A DNA stretch of 63,703 nucleotides, counting the filler, from Folioceros fuciformis (lineage: Eukaryota): assembly GCA_049999805.1 (NCBI GenBank). It is 5 parts of 5 records of this genome, joined end to end, with 100 filler letters (N's around TTAATTAATTAA, not from the genome) between each part and the next. Parts side by side here need not be neighbours in the genome. Positions count along the whole stretch, not along the records: positions 61,908 to 63,703 come from JBNGIO010006360.1; 4 more parts are not named here. The stretch is one strand, 5' to 3'. This document shows positions 61,908 to 63,703 of this stretch, one piece after another; position 1 is the first letter of the stretch, and every line of letters starts with the position of its first letter. The notes beneath the pieces are model-generated. The model did not search any database, was not told where the DNA came from, and saw only the letters and a program-made list of their open reading frames with translations. The position numbers and the translations under genes are program-made.

Positions 61908-63703
61908 AAGGGTATGTAGATAAAAATCACCCAAACAAAGTTTGTAAGTTGTTAAAAACCATCTATGGTCTTAAACAATCACCCAGAGCATGGTTTAAAA
62001 GAATAGATGCTTACCTTAAGCAGTCAGCCTTCGTCCAGAGTAGTGCTGACTCTAATGTTTACAAACTGCAAGACAGTAATGGAATCTGCTTTCTAGCCTT
62101 GTATGTCGATGATGCTGTGATCATCGCAAGCAGCCCAGAACTAATGTCAAAAGTAAAGGCTATCTTGACCTCTGAATTTGCTATGACAGATCTAGGTCAA
62201 CTTAAATTCTTCCTAGGTGTTCAGATTCAGCAGAACCTGTCCAAACATACTGTCTTTATTCATCAAGCCCATTTCGTGCATCAAGTCTTAGCTCGGTTTA
62301 GACTTCAGAATGCATCCCCTGCAGCTACACCCATGGCAGTGGGAGAAAAATTATCAAGTGAGCAATCACCTAAAACTGAAGAAGAAAGAATACAAATGGA
62401 AAAGACTCATACAGCCCTGCAGTGGGAGTGCTGATATATTTCCGGAACTGGACAAGGCCGGAGCTCTCTCACGCAGTTGGGGTCACTTCACAATTTCTCA
62501 CTAGCTATGGTTCAGCTCATTGGGCAGCAGTACAAAGATGCATGAGATATCTGAGTGGTACACCAAGGAAAGGACTGCTCTACAGACAACATCCAAAGCC
62601 ACTCGGCCTAACATGCTTCTGTGACGCAGACTGGGCGTCAGATATTGACAGCAGACGCTCCATCTCTGCTAACTGTCTAATGCTAGGGGAGGATGAGAGA
62701 CAAGCCACCATTGTCTCATGGCACAGCAAAAAGCAATTAGTTGTGGCCCTCTCATCCACCGAGGCCGAGTACATAGCTGCAACAACAGCAGCTCAAGACA
62801 TACTGCATGGAAGAGAACTGCTGGATTCACTAGGAGAAGCACAGTCAACACCTACCTTACTGCTGAGCGACAATCAGTCGGCTATTGCACTAGCCCAGAA
62901 TCCGGTTCTTCATTCCAGGACCAAGCACATTGAAATTAAGCACCACTTTATCAGGCAGGTGGTGGCTGAAGGTCAGGCTTCATTGCAGTATGTGTCCACG
63001 CACGATAATATAGCAGACTTACTCACAAAATCACTTCCCCGGGACAAGCACGATAGATTTGCTGAAGCCATGGGGTTAGTGGAAGACCCGGACACCTAAA
63101 TGCAGCATCACCCACCTAGCTAGTACACAACCTGCAGCTACAGCAGCATCACAAGACTTGGTCTTCTTGGTAGGTTTCTTTGTGGCGCATCTCCACCAAG
63201 GTCCTGCGCCAGCAACAGCAGCCAGTCAGGACGGGCCTAAACTCATGGACAGCCAGCGGACAGTAAGATCAACCAGCAAACTCACATTTCTAATCACCTG
63301 CCTGCCGTCTTCTGTAAAATCGCAGCCACAATACAGCGCGCGACGCCATCACCAGATGTGCTGTCACCATCAGCAGGCGCGCGGCCGCCACCAAATTCCT
63401 GGTCGCCGCCATCTCTCAAAATTGCAAGCAAGGTTTTGTGAAGGCGGCGAAGCGCCGAGAAGCGTGACCTAACAAAATACTGGCTAAGTGGGAGTATAGA
63501 ATTAGGGTATCCAGCATTTTAGGTTATTTAAGTTATTTAATTAATTAGGCCAAACTCAAATAGCGGCTGATACGAATCGCTAGATTCGTATCGGTGCCCC
63601 TAATAGTTGCGACCTAAAAATCTAACCGACACCGTCCACGGGACACCACTCCAACAGTCGTCTCCACGCTTTTTTAAGGCCCACGGCCTAATGCAAATTA
63701 TCT
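61908..63703 (+). mobile_element. Ty1/copia LTR retrotransposon 3: RT-RNaseH with a frameshift near 62410, 3' UTR, PPT (~63486-63494) and probable 3' LTR
   Basis: IYGLKQSPRAW, LYVDD, CDADWASD, SRTKHIEIKHHF; AAGTGGGAG PPT followed by AT-rich LTR-like sequence. Confidence 0.92.

Noticed and set aside
63158-63472. ORF between RNaseH and PPT as an env-like gene
   Set aside because: It is short, has a non-ATG start, and shows no convincing TM or coiled-coil pattern.
53954-63703. Reading the copia segments as one giant element with triplicated RT
   Set aside because: The segments are separated by linker gaps, overlap in domain content and are clearly divergent, so they are three different elements.

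Overview
Gene-dense eukaryotic nuclear DNA from a plant. The short GT-AG introns (mostly about 70-150 nt), moderate GC content and gene content suggest a bryophyte such as a hornwort, but that assignment is inference. The window is a scaffold of several contigs: four of its five 100-nt gaps carry an artificial TTAATTAATTAA linker. Genes recognised from spliced translations are NOL7/Utp16-like, EMC10, a carbonyl-reductase-type SDR, an intronless phytepsin, an OTU7-like deubiquitinase, an MSRA5-like protein lacking the catalytic Cys, mitochondrial-type bL20, a TORNADO1-like LRR-Roc-COR (ROCO) gene, ALDH3, CULLIN1, a WASH1 homologue, an At1g32220-like Rossmann protein and PEP carboxykinase. Between about 17 and 23.5 kb lies a cluster of decayed gene fragments (PPR, TRN1-like C-terminus, importin-beta-like, and a bacterial-type BtuF-like periplasmic binding protein). 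The last 11 kb is LTR retrotransposon sequence: one Ty3/gypsy fragment and three Ty1/copia pieces. The most notable signal is a full-architecture WASH1 Arp2/3 activator (WAHD, polyproline, WH2, C, acidic-Trp) in a plant. All homology calls come from recalled family motifs, not from database searches.
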